Positions 1 through 10,468 of a stretch of DNA of 64,000 nt are shown here, one piece after another; positions within the stretch are counted from its first letter, which is position 1; each line of letters begins with the position of its first letter. A program made the translations under genes and the position numbers. Source of the stretch: Desulfatiglandales bacterium (GTDB lineage: Bacteria; Desulfobacterota; DSM-4660; Desulfatiglandales; HGW-15); contig CAXXJJ010000001.1 of NCBI GenBank assembly GCA_963667015.2, forward strand, positions 2,656,001 to 2,720,000, given 5' to 3'. The notes beneath the pieces are model-generated. The model was not told where the DNA came from, made no database searches, and worked only from the letters and a program-made list of their open reading frames with translations.

Positions 1-789
1 TCCGGATTTGGTCAGGATGGATTTCCATGAATCATCTTCATCTCCGGCCATGTCATTTTTTGCATGATCTCCTGCAACCGACATGAAGGGGATGAGGTAT
101 GCCTTTTTTATTTTTCTGTTAAACAGCATTTCTTTGATCAAATCTATATCCGGGTAGCCTTCCACTGTCCCGACAAAAATATTCGGGTCCCTGAGCTGTA
201 TCTGAAACATAAGTGCGGCATAAAAGGCATTGGCAGGGTGATGTGTTCCATGCCCCATAAGAACAACTGCTTCATTCTGCTTTCGTTCCTTCGGGATTAT
301 CCCCATAACAGCATCAACTGCCCGTTTCATATCTTTCTGTGTTGAAAGAAGAGGGGCACCGACAGCAATCCTTCTGAATTTTCTCATGCCTTTAAATGAG
401 TCAACTGTACGGATGAGATCATGATATTCCTCCCCACCGATGGTGTGTAATGACTGTACAACCACATGAGTAAATTTATCATCCATCATTTTTGCCAGAG
501 CTAATTCAGGTGAATCTATAAGCTTTCCCTGTTTTGCGAGTTTTTCTCTTATGATATGCGATGTATATGCCCATCTGACAGGAATATCCGGGTAGGCAGC
601 TTTGACAGCCTTTTCAATGGTTTCAAATGGTACCCATGCGGATTTTTTACTTGAACCGAATGCCACAAGAAGGATTCCTGTCTTTTTAGAACGGCTTTTT
701 TTATCATGACTACCTGATGTGGATGCATTCACAGGTAACAATGCAAATAACAAAACAAGTAACATACTGTATAATGCAATTTTTTTCAT
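1..789 (-). CDS. cbiK: Periplasmic sirohydrochlorin cobaltochelatase CbiK (partial, runs off window start)
   Basis: Not in ORF track. Manual translation from ATG at 789 (RBS AGGAG upstream): signal peptide MKKIALYSMLLVLLFALLPVNA, then GILLVAFGSS, WAYTS, QSLHTIGGEEYH, MGHGTHH, TVEG, VAGDHAKNDMAG, all CbiK motifs. Confidence 0.9.
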   Translation of the reverse strand, partial: MKKIALYSMLLVLLFALLPVNASTSGSHDKKSRSKKTGILLVAFGSSKKSAWVPFETIEKAVKAAYPDIPVRWAYTSHIIREKLAKQGKLIDSPELALAKMMDDKFTHVVVQSLHTIGGEEYHDLIRTVDSFKGMRKFRRIAVGAPLLSTQKDMKRAVDAVMGIIPKERKQNEAVVLMGHGTHHPANAFYAALMFQIQLRDPNIFVGTVEGYPDIDLIKEMLFNRKIKKAYLIPFMSVAGDHAKNDMAGDEDDSWKSILTKSG

Positions 790-800
790 TTTTGTCTCCT

Positions 801-3800
801 TTAAAAAGATCTATTTCTGCGTATTAACCCCGTAACAAGTAATGCCATAAAACCAAGGACAATAACTATTACAGCCCAGGCTGCACCGGAACTGGTGAGT
901 TTAGTATCCTCTTTCTTCTCCTCAACCATCTCGTATCCTTCGATCTTGTCTTTTTCCGGCTCCCTGCCTTTAACTGCTTTCTCGTCACCTGACCCTTTAG
1001 CATCTACTGTACTATCATCCTGCTTAAGCTCTTTGGTGGCCTGTGCAAGCTTCTCCTGCAGGGCCTTTCTTTCTGCTATTGCCTTTTCCAGGTCCATTCC
1101 AACCGCCTTTGACATAACCGCCTTAAACTCATTGACCAGTTCGGGAGACAGCATCCCGGGCAGGGATATGATGTTTACAACCATCTGAGTAAGGGCAGGG
1201 TTGTTACAGGTGTGCTGGCAGCAGGCAGCGCCCTTTTCAATAACGCTCATTGCATATTCCACGGCCAGGTTCTTCTTTATTTTTTCAGGGGCATCCCAGT
1301 ATTCCTTTCGAACCGCTTCAAGCATCCGGGCGTTGATGGACTGATATGCCCAGGGATTGCTCTTATCAAAAAATTCCTTGAGATTCTGATCATATTTATC
1401 CTCAACATAAACCTCATAGACCTGTTCCCACTTGGTATCATCAACGGAATGAGGAACAGTTACCTGCCAGGCCCACATATTTTCTACCCCATATTCCATC
1501 ATTCCTGCCCCGTCATAGTTCTCCTTTTTCATTCCCTCAATCCATTTGGGGTTGAGAAGACGGGAACGCAGGTCTTTTCCAAGCATGGTTTCAATATCTT
1601 CAATGTGAGGGTTTCTTTTGTCTTCCTGCCTGGAGATAAGCACGTCCGGGTATTCTCCTCTTAAGGTTTTTACTGATAAGGAAAGGCTGCCCAACCATTC
1701 ATGGGGGCCGCCCGTATCAAGCAGACGGTAGAGGTTTGAGGATCTGGAAAGCATGGTCATTTTCACATCTTCGAGATTCTTCTTGTAGACTGACTTTATC
1801 TGCTTTCCCCAGATATGTTTACCATAGCCAAAGGAGACCCAGTTCATAAAGACCTCTGCGATTTCTTCATCCTTTTCCCAGAGTCCGCTGGCGTTAATGA
1901 GTCCACCGGATGGTCCTGCTCCATAGCTGCCGGGCCTGGGCGCGAAGACCCTTACCTTGCTTAAGATTTCTGCATCTTCTTCGCTGTAGCCCTTTTCCAG
2001 GAGATAGGTCTTTATCTTTTTGCTGTGCTTGGCTATAAAGTTTTCTACATCAGTTAATTGCGCGGCCTTACGCACCGCCTCATCCATAAGTAATATTACA
2101 TTTGGAAAACAGTCCCTGTAGAGACCTGTCGTCTGGATATGGGCGTCGATCCGGGGTCTTTCCAGTACAGGCCCCGGGATGGGTTCTACTCCGATTACCC
2201 TGTCGTTTTTGTCCCAGATGGGTTTCATCCCTAAAAGATACAGGACAGTTGATTCATTTACTCCCTCATTGCGCTGGGTCTCTATGCTCCAGACAACAAC
2301 GCCTATCTTGTCCGGGTATTCTCCTTTTTCTTTGAGATGTTTTTCAATCATCTCATCTGCTGCCTTTTTACCAAGGGAATATGCATCTTTGGATGGAACC
2401 TTATCAGCGTCAAAGCCGTAAAAATCTTTTCCTGTGGGGATTGCATCAGGGTTTCGTAATGGATCATTACCTTCTCCGGCAGGGACATATCTTCCATTGA
2501 GCCCTGCTATGAGACGATCCAGCTCAAGCTTACAGAGGGATAGATTCTTTTTGACCTCGTCCAGGGAGAGATCCTTCTCCCTTTCCTTGATCAACTCACT
2601 GAATTCTTTAAGCTCCTGACCTTCCGGGGATATGCCGAAGGTATGAAGGCCATAGGGCATGCTGGCCTCCTGCAATTCGACAATATAGTGCTCAACCTTT
2701 TCTACCGCTTCATCGTCAATTACATCCAGCAGGAGGTCCTTATCCAGACCCAGTTTTTTTATCAGGATGCTGACCCTATTAAATTTTTCTTCGGCCAGGT
2801 CCTGATTTCTTGCCATGGCATCGTTATAATCATTAATAAGGCCGGCCAGGTCGCGGTATTCCATAAAGGCACCGGCTTTCTTAAGTGCAGGGATAAGGTG
2901 ATCAATAATTACCGCCCGACCCCGGCGTTTGGCCTGGATGCCTTCACCAACATCATCCACGATGTAAGGGTAGATATTGGGAAGATCCTGAATCAGAACC
3001 TCCGGTGCACAGGATTGACTCAGGCCTGAACCTTTGCCGGGAAGCCACTCGTGGGTGCCGTGTGTGCCCAGGTGGATGACCGCGTCTGCATGAAACTCTT
3101 TTTTGAGCCATAGATATGTGGCGGTATATTGATGTGTGGGCCAGATCTGGGTAGAGTGATACATCTTTACCGGATCATCTCCCCTGCCTCTTCCCGGCTG
3201 CGGAAGAAAGATGATATTGCCAAGGTTTACATGGGGGATGATAATATCCTTACCTTTAAACATACTTTTAGAGTCTTCGGTTTTACCCCATCCGGCTTCC
3301 ACCTCTTTCCTGTAGTCTTCATTAATCTCATTGTACCATTCCAGGTATCTGGAGACCGGCAGGCGGACGACCTTATTAGACGCAATAAGCGCATCCAGTT
3401 CGCCCTCGGCCCAGCTTCCTATGTTACGCCCGCTTTGGAGGATAAGGTTTTTAATCTCTTCCTCGGATGGGAGATCGCCTTCAATTGTGTATCCTTCCTC
3501 CCTCATCCTTTTCAGCATTCCCTCTAAACTCCTGAGTGTGTTCAGGTAGCTTGCACCTATAGCGGATTGTTTGCCTGCGTGGCTGTAATAGAGGACAGCA
3601 ACCTTTTTATCTTTATTGGGCTTTGCCTGGAGATTTCTCCATGCCTTTATCCGCTTGACGAGAAACTCTATATTCTCTGTAATAGGCTCATATACGGAAA
3701 ATTCTTTGCCTGTTTTATCATTCTTTATTTCTTTCCCGCTTACAGCAGTAGGTTCTATCAGACCGCTGACCTCCGGGGTGCACAATTGATAGGTTATATC

Positions 3801-4709
3801 CTTTGGAGCTATTCCCCCTGAGTATTCTCTCCATTCGGAAACAGTCTGGGAGGGAAGGCTGATAATATTTATTATTGGCGCCCCTAATTCATCTAACAGT
3901 TTTCTTTTTTTCTTATCGGTCTCTGCATCATCCATGAACTTAAAGGTGCCGGTGCAGACAACACTCACCCGCGCGTTTCCATTTTCATCCATAAAGAATT
4001 TTTTGATGGCTTCTTCCGGAGAGCGCCAGCGGACAGACAAAACATTGATATTGTTTTTTTCCAGTGAATGTATTAACGCTTCAGGAGCACCGGAAAGGAT
4101 TCCCACCCAGAAACTGTCATTTTTGAATAAGCCTTTTTTCTTATACCAGTCCAGGTACTCTTCAAAGGTGGTAAAAACCTTTTTTGAATCAGGATGAGAA
4201 ATGCCCGGTTTGCTGCCTGTTTCCGGTTTTTCGTAGCTGACATCAACGCCACAGTCCCGCGCAAGGAGAAAAAGAATACCGTTTTTTATATTTTCTTTAG
4301 TGGACGGACGGAAATACTGCATTACCTTGGGATCAAGGGAAACCGTATTTGCATCGATTGCCGCACCTTTATACAATGCATAGGGTTTTGTTTTACTGAG
4401 GGATATATTGTCCGACACATATTTTGCAAACTCGCTGTTCATAGTGTTAAGGATAAGGATTCTGGATGAGAAAATATCTTTTTTATCAATACTTCCCTCT
4501 GTCACCTCTTCATAGGAATAATACTGAATATCATAGCTGTCAGCTATTTCGGGAATCTTCATCAGCTCGTTAACTGCCTTGCTGACAGCAGAAGAAGTCC
4601 CCACAATCAGGGTGATTTTATCTTTTTCCTTAGCCGAAGCCGAAAAAAACATAGATGTGAAAATAAAAAGGATTAACGTAAGCTTACTTATTATTTTTAT
4701 CCGGCACAT
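801..4709 (-). CDS. CobN/Mg-chelatase H family protein, exported and C-terminally anchored (BtuS/HmuS-like), paralog 1
   Basis: 1302 aa; HLGTHGTHEWLPGK, YPYIVDDVGEGIQAKRR, PTGKDFY, LNPKWIEGM; N-terminal signal peptide, CCQHTCNNP, C-terminal TM helix plus basic tail. Confidence 0.9.
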   Translation of the reverse strand: MCRIKIISKLTLILFIFTSMFFSASAKEKDKITLIVGTSSAVSKAVNELMKIPEIADSYDIQYYSYEEVTEGSIDKKDIFSSRILILNTMNSEFAKYVSDNISLSKTKPYALYKGAAIDANTVSLDPKVMQYFRPSTKENIKNGILFLLARDCGVDVSYEKPETGSKPGISHPDSKKVFTTFEEYLDWYKKKGLFKNDSFWVGILSGAPEALIHSLEKNNINVLSVRWRSPEEAIKKFFMDENGNARVSVVCTGTFKFMDDAETDKKKRKLLDELGAPIINIISLPSQTVSEWREYSGGIAPKDITYQLCTPEVSGLIEPTAVSGKEIKNDKTGKEFSVYEPITENIEFLVKRIKAWRNLQAKPNKDKKVAVLYYSHAGKQSAIGASYLNTLRSLEGMLKRMREEGYTIEGDLPSEEEIKNLILQSGRNIGSWAEGELDALIASNKVVRLPVSRYLEWYNEINEDYRKEVEAGWGKTEDSKSMFKGKDIIIPHVNLGNIIFLPQPGRGRGDDPVKMYHSTQIWPTHQYTATYLWLKKEFHADAVIHLGTHGTHEWLPGKGSGLSQSCAPEVLIQDLPNIYPYIVDDVGEGIQAKRRGRAVIIDHLIPALKKAGAFMEYRDLAGLINDYNDAMARNQDLAEEKFNRVSILIKKLGLDKDLLLDVIDDEAVEKVEHYIVELQEASMPYGLHTFGISPEGQELKEFSELIKEREKDLSLDEVKKNLSLCKLELDRLIAGLNGRYVPAGEGNDPLRNPDAIPTGKDFYGFDADKVPSKDAYSLGKKAADEMIEKHLKEKGEYPDKIGVVVWSIETQRNEGVNESTVLYLLGMKPIWDKNDRVIGVEPIPGPVLERPRIDAHIQTTGLYRDCFPNVILLMDEAVRKAAQLTDVENFIAKHSKKIKTYLLEKGYSEEDAEILSKVRVFAPRPGSYGAGPSGGLINASGLWEKDEEIAEVFMNWVSFGYGKHIWGKQIKSVYKKNLEDVKMTMLSRSSNLYRLLDTGGPHEWLGSLSLSVKTLRGEYPDVLISRQEDKRNPHIEDIETMLGKDLRSRLLNPKWIEGMKKENYDGAGMMEYGVENMWAWQVTVPHSVDDTKWEQVYEVYVEDKYDQNLKEFFDKSNPWAYQSINARMLEAVRKEYWDAPEKIKKNLAVEYAMSVIEKGAACCQHTCNNPALTQMVVNIISLPGMLSPELVNEFKAVMSKAVGMDLEKAIAERKALQEKLAQATKELKQDDSTVDAKGSGDEKAVKGREPEKDKIEGYEMVEEKKEDTKLTSSGAAWAVIVIVLGFMALLVTGLIRRNRSF

Positions 4710-4772
4710 AAATTATTCTTCTTTCTCCGCCAGTTTACCTGGCAGTTTTATCTTTTTATTAAAAATTCGGTT

Positions 4773-7700
4773 TTACCTGTTTTTCCTTATCCATCCGGTA
4801 ACAAGTAATCCCATAAAACAAAGAACGATTATTATTACAAGCATGGCGGCGCCGGAACTGACGATTTTTGTATCCTCTTTCTTTTCCTCGACCATTTCAT
4901 ATCCTTCAATATTATCTTTTTCCGGCTTTTTGCCTTTCACTGCATTCTCTTTTCCTTCTTTTTCAGATATCTTGGCGTCCGGTGTCTTTTCTTCCTGCTG
5001 TATCTCTTTTGTAACTTGAGCAAGTTCCTTTTGTAATGCCTTTCTTTTTGCTGCCGCCTCTTCAATGCTCATTCCCAGTGCCCTGGAGAGGATGGTCTTA
5101 AATTCATTGACCAGCTCAGGAGACAGCATTCCGGGTAGAGAAATTATGTTTACTACCATCTGGTTCAGGGCCGGGTTATTGCAGGTGTGGTCACAGCAGG
5201 CCACTCCCTTTTCAATAACGCTCATCGCATATTCTATTGCCAGTTTATTTTTCATTTCTTCGGGGGCATCCAGGTATCCTTTACGAATGGCCTCAAGCAT
5301 CCGTGCGCTGATTGACTGATATGCCCATGGGTTGTTCTTATTAAAAAATTCCTTGAGATCCAGATCATATTTATCCTCAACGTAAACCTCATAGACCTGC
5401 TCCCATCGGGCCTTATCAACCGCAAAGGGTGTGACCACCTGCCAGCCCCACAAAAACTCAACAAACCTGCTCATTGACCTTGCACCAGCATAGTTCTCTT
5501 TCTTCATGCCCTCAATCCACTTGGGATTAAGGTAGCGGGAACGCAGTTCCGCCCCGATAGTCTTTTCAATATCTTCGATGTGGGCATTTTCGGCATCCCC
5601 CTGAAAGGAGATCAGCACATCCGGATATTCTCCGCTTACCCTTTTTACGGCCAGGGAAAGTCCGCCCAGATAGGCAAACTTATCATCATTTCCCAGCAGG
5701 CCGGAGGAGAATGCTGTAATGTCAACATCTTCAAGGCTCTTTTTGTAGACACTTTTTAGAGGGATTCCCCATGACTTTTTGCCATAGGCAAAAGAGCAGT
5801 GATGGATAAAGACATCGGCAATCTCTTCATCACTTTCCCAGAGACCGCTGTTGGGTACCAGGGACTGAAGCTTGGTATAATAGGAGCCCGGAGCTTCACT
5901 AAAGACACGGGAGTGACTCAACTCCTCCGCCTCTTCTTCGCCGTATCCTTTCTCAATAAGATATGTCTTTATCTTTAAACTGTGTTTGGCGATATAATTT
6001 TCCACATCCTTCATCTGAGCGGCCTTGCGTACGGCTTCGTCAAGAAGGATCATCACATTGGGGAAGGAATCCCTGAATAGCCCGGAGCACTGCATATGGA
6101 CATCAATTCTTGGCCGGCCAAGAATATTACCGGGAATGGGTTCAACCCCTATTACCTTATCGTTGATATCCCAGATCGGCTTCATACCTAAGAGATAAAG
6201 TACCGTGCTTACCTGTGAACCTTCATTGCGATGGATTGATCCGGCCCAGAGGATGAGCCCTATTTTATCCGGGTATTCCCCTTTTTCCTTAATGTGCTTT
6301 TCTATCATCCTCTTAGCAGCGTCTTTACCCAGGGCAAAGGCGTCCTTGGATGGTACCTTATCCGGGTCAAAACCATAGAAATTTTTACCAGTAGGGATGG
6401 CATCGGGATTTCTTAAAGGGCCATTGCCTTCTCCCGAAGGGATATACCTCCCGTTTAATGCCTGGATAAGATGCCCTATTTCTTCAGGGCCGCAAAGAAG
6501 AAGGTCTTCTTCAATCTTATTTAAGGGAAGGTCCTTATTCTTTTCATTGATGAGTCGGCTGAATTCCTTCAGGGATTCCGATTCAGGAGAAACTCCATAG
6601 GTGTGCAGACCATAGGGTATGTTTGCATCCTGCAATTCCAGCAGATAATGTTCAACCTCTTCAACCGCCTCTTCGGTTATTTCTGTTAAAAGGAGGTCTT
6701 TATCAAGACCCAGCTTTTTCATTAAGATTTTTATTCTTTTGAATTTTTCATCGGCCAGTTCCTTGCTGCGGGGAATGGCATCATTATATTCGTCAATAAG
6801 GTTTGCCAGTGTTTGATATTCCTTATATGAATCGGCCTTTTTCATGGACGGGACAAGATGGTCAATAATTACGCCCCTGCCGCGGCGTTTTGCCTGTATT
6901 CCTTCTCCTATGTTATTCATAATATAGGGGTAAATGTTTGGAATATCCAGAATAAGTACATCGGGACAACAGGACTGGCTGAGGCCCGTCTGCTTGCCGG
7001 GAAGCCATTCCTGGGTGCCGTGTTTTCCAAGGGATATAATGGCATCGGCCTTAAACTCATTTTTTAACCAGAGATAAAATGCAATATATTGATGATGGGG
7101 CCATATAGTCGGGTCATGATAAAGCTTCATCGGATCATCGCCCAGTCCCCTTGCAGGCTGAGGCATGAGAATAACATTGCCCAATGGAACAGAGGGGATG
7201 ATAAATTCATTGTCTTTTACCATGATTTTGGATTCATCGGGTTTTCCCCATTGCTCTTCCACCTTTTTTCGGAAATCCTCATTGGTCCGGCTATAGAATT
7301 TTAAATAGTCGGATACTTGCCATCGAACAACCTGATTACTCTTGAGAAGCTCGTCAAGTTCACCCGGCACCCAGGAGCCTATATTGCGGCCGCTTTTTAA
7401 AACAAGCTCCTTGATCTCCTCTTCCGAAGGAAGATCGTTTTCTATGAAATAACCTTCCTTTCGCATCCTTTTCAGGATATCCTTCACACTTCTGAAGACA
7501 TTAAGACCGCTTGCGCCTACATTCTGTTTCCCGGGGGTATGATTCCAGTAGATAATGGCGATCTTTTTATCCCTGTTAGGCTTTGTCTGTAGATTCCTCC
7601 AGGCCTTTATCCGCTTAATCATAAACTCAATGTTTTCTTTGATGGGTGCTTCCGCAAAAATTTCCTTTCCTGTGGGATCATTTTTTTCAAGGGCCACTTT

Positions 7701-8672
7701 TCCACCCAAAACAGAGGGTTCAATCAGACCGTTGAGTTCCGGTGTGAATATATCCATGCCGATTGATCCTGCGCTGAGTCCCTGGATGGATTTGTTATAT
7801 TCGGGGATGGTTTGTCTGGTCCTGATAAAGTTAAAAACAGGGACATTTAACTTGATAAAATTCTCCCGCGTTTTATCATCGGTGGTAAATTTAAAACAAA
7901 GGCCGCAGATAACATCAATACGGCTCTTTCTATTTTTATCAAAAAAGAATTCTTCTGGATTGGATGAAGAATAAACAGGAAATGTATTAATCCCCTCTTT
8001 TTCCAGGGATAGAATAAGTTCGCTTACTGTTTCACTGACCTCACCGGCGATTCCGGCATTAGATTTATAATCGGCAATCCCTGCCCAGAAACCATTATCA
8101 TTATAGAGTCCCTGTTTTTTATACCAGGTTATATAATCTTCAAAGGCAGAAAATATTTGGGGTGCCTTGGGATGAAAAATACCCTTTTCGGGAAAAGGTT
8201 CTTCATAACTCACTTCAAGACTGCAGTCCCTGTTAAGAAGAAAAAGGATCAGGTTTTTGATACTGTGTCTGGTTACCGAAGTATAATATTGGTTTACTAT
8301 GGGATCAAATATGATTTTTTCTAATCCTTCGACCCCTGATCTTACACCATATACCTTTGTCTTCTCAAAATCCGCGTTTTTCAGAATATAATCAGCCATG
8401 CGATGATTCATGGTGTCAACAATAAGTATCGCGGATTGCCTGACAGCTTCGCTGTTAATCTTTCCTTCTTTCATATCCCCGCTGGTATAATAGAGGATAT
8501 CATAGCGATCAGCTATCGCAGGAATCTTCATAACTTCTTTAATGGCCTGGCCAATAGCGGGGGAGTTTTCTACAAGCAGGGTAATCTTCTCTTTTTCTTT
8601 GGCCAAGGTTGAAAAAGCAATAGCTGAAGCAATAAAAAAGACTAAAACAATCCTATTTACCATCCGGTACAT
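4773..8672 (-). CDS. CobN/Mg-chelatase H family protein, exported and C-terminally anchored (BtuS/HmuS-like), paralog 2
   Basis: 1299 aa; GKHGTQEWLPGK, GEGIQAKRRG, PTGKNFY, RYLNPKWIEGM, CCDHTCNNP; signal peptide and C-terminal TM helix. Confidence 0.9.
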   Translation of the reverse strand: MYRMVNRIVLVFFIASAIAFSTLAKEKEKITLLVENSPAIGQAIKEVMKIPAIADRYDILYYTSGDMKEGKINSEAVRQSAILIVDTMNHRMADYILKNADFEKTKVYGVRSGVEGLEKIIFDPIVNQYYTSVTRHSIKNLILFLLNRDCSLEVSYEEPFPEKGIFHPKAPQIFSAFEDYITWYKKQGLYNDNGFWAGIADYKSNAGIAGEVSETVSELILSLEKEGINTFPVYSSSNPEEFFFDKNRKSRIDVICGLCFKFTTDDKTRENFIKLNVPVFNFIRTRQTIPEYNKSIQGLSAGSIGMDIFTPELNGLIEPSVLGGKVALEKNDPTGKEIFAEAPIKENIEFMIKRIKAWRNLQTKPNRDKKIAIIYWNHTPGKQNVGASGLNVFRSVKDILKRMRKEGYFIENDLPSEEEIKELVLKSGRNIGSWVPGELDELLKSNQVVRWQVSDYLKFYSRTNEDFRKKVEEQWGKPDESKIMVKDNEFIIPSVPLGNVILMPQPARGLGDDPMKLYHDPTIWPHHQYIAFYLWLKNEFKADAIISLGKHGTQEWLPGKQTGLSQSCCPDVLILDIPNIYPYIMNNIGEGIQAKRRGRGVIIDHLVPSMKKADSYKEYQTLANLIDEYNDAIPRSKELADEKFKRIKILMKKLGLDKDLLLTEITEEAVEEVEHYLLELQDANIPYGLHTYGVSPESESLKEFSRLINEKNKDLPLNKIEEDLLLCGPEEIGHLIQALNGRYIPSGEGNGPLRNPDAIPTGKNFYGFDPDKVPSKDAFALGKDAAKRMIEKHIKEKGEYPDKIGLILWAGSIHRNEGSQVSTVLYLLGMKPIWDINDKVIGVEPIPGNILGRPRIDVHMQCSGLFRDSFPNVMILLDEAVRKAAQMKDVENYIAKHSLKIKTYLIEKGYGEEEAEELSHSRVFSEAPGSYYTKLQSLVPNSGLWESDEEIADVFIHHCSFAYGKKSWGIPLKSVYKKSLEDVDITAFSSGLLGNDDKFAYLGGLSLAVKRVSGEYPDVLISFQGDAENAHIEDIEKTIGAELRSRYLNPKWIEGMKKENYAGARSMSRFVEFLWGWQVVTPFAVDKARWEQVYEVYVEDKYDLDLKEFFNKNNPWAYQSISARMLEAIRKGYLDAPEEMKNKLAIEYAMSVIEKGVACCDHTCNNPALNQMVVNIISLPGMLSPELVNEFKTILSRALGMSIEEAAAKRKALQKELAQVTKEIQQEEKTPDAKISEKEGKENAVKGKKPEKDNIEGYEMVEEKKEDTKIVSSGAAMLVIIIVLCFMGLLVTGWIRKNR

Positions 8673-8994
8673 AGATCATCCTTCCGTCTTTTAACTGATA
8701 GGCTGTTCCAAGTTTCATGCCTTCCTGTCCGCCGATCTTTTTATCGGTTACCTTTTCCACCTTGATATCTTTGCCCTTTTTGGTAATGATCTCCATCTGA
8801 CCTTCCTGGTTTTTTTTCACAATAGTGATTTCACTGGTTTCCGAGAAGAAATCCATCATGTTATAGACAGTCATGAGAGCGAGGAACAGGCCGACAATAA
8901 AGACCAGCCCCACATCAAAAAGGTTGGCAACACCATTTAAAGGGTCTTCATCTTCAGTAGCTCCGGTAAGACGACGTTTTTTCAGGTAGCTCAT
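8653..8994 (-). CDS. DUF2149 family protein (HmuV-like)
   Basis: DEDPLNGVANLFDVGLVF and G-x-KLGTAYQLKDGRMIYVP motifs; follows ExbB-like gene. Confidence 0.88.
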   Translation of the reverse strand: MSYLKKRRLTGATEDEDPLNGVANLFDVGLVFIVGLFLALMTVYNMMDFFSETSEITIVKKNQEGQMEIITKKGKDIKVEKVTDKKIGGQEGMKLGTAYQLKDGRMIYVPDGK

Positions 8995-9632
8995 TTATCA
9001 GCCTCCCGGGTCATTGCCTCGGTAATCAGTTCAATATTCCTTATGTCTACCCTGGTCCAGCGGCCTTTTACTGTAGTAAAAAAATATGCCAGAATACCCA
9101 GGGCCAGTCCTACTACGGTGGTGGAAAAGGCAATAATCAGGCTGGAGGTCATCTGGGCCATATTGCCCTGGCCTAAGGCGGCCAGGCCCGTACCCATTGG
9201 AATCAATGTCCCCATAAGCCCTAGACCCGGACCAATACGAACAATAAGGCGGGTGCGGTCTACTTCCTTGGTTAATTTGGATTCCTTTTCCTGGATAAGG
9301 ACTTCTACCTTTTCCTGAAAGAAATCATCTTTATTCTCTATAAGGGAAATAAGTTTCTGTACGTAGACACGCACACGCAGAGGCAGATGTCTTTTTACGT
9401 TATCCGGAAGTTTTTTTTCTTTTCGGATTTCATCCAGGTAATGGGTAATATCCACATTTTTCGTTAACCGCTTTCTGCCTATCCATTCGGCAAAAAAACC
9501 ACCTGAAAAGATGACCATCCAGGCAACCAGAACAATAAGCAGTATCATTACCGGATAAAGAAGGCAGGAAGATATAGCATAAATAATTGTCTGCAATAGA
9601 CCAAAAAGATTTTCCATTGTTTTATTCCTCAC
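8991..9632 (-). CDS. MotA/TolQ/ExbB proton channel family protein (HmuU-like)
   Basis: GPGLGLMGTLIPMG and AFSTTVVGL motifs; real start may be the second Met (MENLFG, 9617). Confidence 0.88.
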   Translation of the reverse strand: MRNKTMENLFGLLQTIIYAISSCLLYPVMILLIVLVAWMVIFSGGFFAEWIGRKRLTKNVDITHYLDEIRKEKKLPDNVKRHLPLRVRVYVQKLISLIENKDDFFQEKVEVLIQEKESKLTKEVDRTRLIVRIGPGLGLMGTLIPMGTGLAALGQGNMAQMTSSLIIAFSTTVVGLALGILAYFFTTVKGRWTRVDIRNIELITEAMTREADK

Positions 9633-10386
9633 TTAACAAATTTGATTTTCTGTGATGGATAAAATATCCGGCACTGAAAAGTATGACAGCCGTTAACATC
9701 AAGATTAAAAAAGACTTTAAATTAAAGGTGGTATTTCCGGCGTTTTGAGATGCCAGACCGTAAACATCCTGGATTTCCTGATAGACAGGGGCAATAAGCA
9801 GTGTAAGAAAAAAATAGGTGGAAACCATGATCATCACCAGTCCAAGAAAGGAGGAATCCGTTTTATCGATTTGCCTGCGAAAAGGAAAAAGAATCAATAC
9901 GACCAGAAAAGCAATAGTTGAGAAGATACCAAAAAGAAGCATAGTAGTAGACGCTAAAGATATAGAAAATGCACTGTATGCCAGGGAGAGAGTTAGGAGA
10001 ATTACAGTCGCACACACCGGGCATGGAAGAATCAGCAGTAAAATACCTTTGCTGCTGTTGCCCGAAGAGCCTGATCCTGCCGAGAGAAGCAGTTTTATTC
10101 CCCATAAAATCAGGCCTGAAGCAACAAAAAGATGTAGCAGTATTCCGTAGCGCATAATTTCCAGAAAGTGGTCTAAATAGTTTAATAACTGGAAGCGTAC
10201 TGTCAGGGCATAAAGACCAAAAAATAAAAGAAAATAGACAAGCAGTATCCCTGCAAGAAAAAGCAATTTTTTTCTGACAGGGATACTGCTATCATAAACA
10301 AGGGGTGCCATTCCCAGACCTGTTTTTATCCCAAAAATAGACAGGGCACTAATAATGCCCGTAATTAAAAGAGATTTAATCATCAT
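9622..10386 (-). CDS. DUF2162 family membrane transporter (HmuT-like)
   Basis: Multi-TM protein with FGIKTGLG and PCPVC motifs; context next to ExbB-like and DUF2149 genes. Confidence 0.85.
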   Translation of the reverse strand: MMIKSLLITGIISALSIFGIKTGLGMAPLVYDSSIPVRKKLLFLAGILLVYFLLFFGLYALTVRFQLLNYLDHFLEIMRYGILLHLFVASGLILWGIKLLLSAGSGSSGNSSKGILLLILPCPVCATVILLTLSLAYSAFSISLASTTMLLFGIFSTIAFLVVLILFPFRRQIDKTDSSFLGLVMIMVSTYFFLTLLIAPVYQEIQDVYGLASQNAGNTTFNLKSFLILMLTAVILFSAGYFIHHRKSNLLSEE

Positions 10387-10468
10387 GAACCTTTCGGTCT
10401 GGAGGAACTCTCAAAAATAGGATGTTTTTGAAAAGACCCTCCAAACCTTATTCAGGAAAAATCAACTG

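Noticed and set aside
64..345. 93 aa plus-strand ORF
   Set aside because: Antisense to cbiK, which has clear family motifs; no recognisable features.
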